The notes below the pieces were generated by a model. The model saw nothing but the letters and a program-made list of their open reading frames with translations, was not told where the DNA came from and searched no databases. A stretch of DNA of 63,341 nt, counting the filler, from Octopus bimaculoides (Eukaryota), in NCBI RefSeq assembly GCF_001194135.2. It is 6 parts of 5 records of this genome, joined end to end, with 100 filler letters (N's around TTAATTAATTAA, not from the genome) between each part and the next. Parts side by side here need not be neighbours in the genome. Positions count along the whole stretch, not along the records: positions 60,746 to 63,341 come from NW_026399478.1; 5 more parts are not named here. One strand, 5' to 3'. Positions 61,655 to 63,341 of this stretch are shown here, in pieces; within the stretch, counting starts at the first letter, position 1, and every line of letters starts with the position of its first letter. The position numbers and the translations under genes are program-made.

Positions 61655-62046
61655 CCGTATAGTTCAGGAGTGGGACCAGTGAAACTTGAGAATATTTGGG
61701 CCTCAACGTAGCCAACGAACAGGTTCGCATAGTTGGGGCCCATTCTCGTTCCCATGGCCAGTACCGAGAAATGCTGGTAAAAATCACCCGCGAACGAGAA
61801 GCAGTTAAGTGAGAGGACAATTTCGGCCAGACGAAGGAGTGTGGCTGTGTCAGGTTGGGGGTTGGGTCGAAGGTCAAGGAAATGTTGGAGTGCACGCAGC
61901 TCCTCGTGATGAGGGATCACCGTGTATAGACTCTTGATGTCAAGAGTGAAGAGAAGTTTAGAGGGGCCAGGAAAGAAGGAGAAAGAGTTGAACAAACGAA
62001 GAGCATGGCTGGTACACAATCCTTTATTCGGAAATCTAAAATCTGA
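61655..62046 (-). mobile_element. Penelope-like reverse transcriptase fragment
   Basis: LFTLDIKSLYTVIPH..LRLAEIVLSLNCFSF..AMGTRMGPNYANLFVGYVE..PELYGR; truncated just before YIDD. Confidence 0.9.
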
Positions 62047-62358
62047 NNNNNNNNNNNNNNNNNNNNNNNNNNNNNNNNNNNNNNNNNNNNNNNNNNNNNN
62101 NNNNNNNNNNNNNNNNNNNNNNNNNNNNNNNNNNNNNNNNNNNNNNNNTGAAAATCCCCCGAAACCGAACTCCTTTTGTGGAGGGTGGAGCACCGTAACC
62201 CCACTCTCTCAGGTATGACTGGGCAACACTTGACAGGTTGATCGCTAGTTAAAGCCAAGCGTCAGATATGGCTCAGCACTCGTAGAGAGAAGACGTTCAT
62301 TTGCTGTTTGCTGTCTTCGTGTTGTTTCTTGTGACTTTGTATATAATTTACACTGAAA

Positions 62359-62915
62359 ATGTCAAAAAGAACTGCAGATACCTCAATGGATAACAGTGAG
62401 AGAAAGAAAAGGAAACATTTATCATTATCAGTAATGCAGAAAGTGGAGTTACTACAGAAACTTGATCTTCGTGTGTCTGTATGACGGTTCGGTGAAGAAT
62501 ATGATATTGAAACTAGCACTGTGTATGACTTAAAGAAACAGAAAGACAAATTACTGAAGTTCTATAGTGAGAGTGGTGATCAGAGACTGATGAAAAATAA
62601 GAAAGCATTACACAGGGCGAAAAATGAAGATCTTCACAATGTGATGACAGAATGGAATCGAAAGCGAAGAAGGGAACATATGCCACTGGTCATGAAACAA
62701 GCTAGAATATATCCTAAAGAATTGAACATTGGAGGAGATTGTCAATATTCAGAAGGTTGGTTGTAGAAATTCAAGAAGCGTCATGGTATAAAATATTTGA
62801 AAATCTATGGTGGAAAAACTTCTGCTGATTATGAAACTGCGGAAAATTAGACGAATTTGTCAAGATCGTATCTGATGAAAACCTTTCTTCGGGACAAATT
62901 TACAATGCTATTGGG
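62359..62915 (+). mobile_element. pogo/Tigger (JRK/TIGD-like) transposase N-terminal remnant
   Basis: MSKR..KKRKHLSLSVMQKVELL..STVYDLKKQKDKL (CENP-B-type HTH) and YSEGWL*KFKKRHGIK..SAD..QIYNA; in-frame stops at about 62482 and 62764. Confidence 0.85.
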
Positions 62916-63257
62916 ATAGAAACATTCAATTTTTCACAAGTTTGGCGGTTTAATACCCAATATAGCAAAGAAAAACTTTTCCACAGTTCAAATCGGTGTA
63001 TATTCAATAAACAAAAATGAAAAGAAAATGGAGATTTACGATTGACATAATTTACTAACATAATATTATGTTATTATCATCACATAATGCAACATAATAT
63101 AATGTAAATATAAATATTATAATCCTACAATTGTTTCAATTCAGACCCTACAACAGACTGAATTGAATATGTTTGTAAGGGTGAGCGTCAATCACTTAAA
63201 AAGATATCTAATAACAAAAAAACTAAAATAAATGAAAAATAAATGAATTTATAGGTG

Positions 63258-63341
63258 CAAGCATGCCTGTGCGGCAAGAAGCTTGGTTCCTAGCGACATG
63301 GTTCCGGATTCAGTCCCACTGCGTGGCACCTTGGGCAAGTG
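63258..63341 (+). mobile_element. SINE family B head (window end)
   Basis: GGTTCCGGATTCAGTCCCACTGCGTGGCACCTTGGGCAAGTG. Confidence 0.85.

Overview
Repeat-saturated, AT-rich animal genomic DNA from a fragmented draft assembly, with many N gaps including five 100-bp placeholders that carry a six-frame-stop linker. The SINE, RTE, R4 and Penelope families look like those I know from octopus genomes, so the source is probably an Octopus species (recognition from memory, not a database result). No intact protein-coding gene, rRNA, true tRNA gene or CRISPR array can be supported. The window holds: dozens of tRNA-derived SINE copies (three main families plus chimeras, several with clear TSDs); four fragments of RLE-type R4/Dong-like retrotransposons, two embedded in (TAA)n and one with two internal deletions; RTE LINE fragments; Penelope-like RT and GIY-YIG fragments; a full-length but dead DD37D (maT) mariner-like transposon; Tigger/JRK-like and Chapaev3-like transposase remnants; two MITEs with TIRs and TSDs; and many microsatellites. 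The best second-look items are: a small element combining an inverted tRNA T-arm palindrome with a minimal hammerhead-ribozyme-like motif, plus other variant hammerhead-like motifs in unrelated repeats; a CpG-depleted domain (about 27-56 kb) that suggests a methylated host gene body whose exons I could only guess at; the doubly deleted R4 element; and an inverted 230-bp homology pair bracketing 3.3 kb. Repeat boundaries are approximate (tens of bp) unless a TSD or TIR is given.
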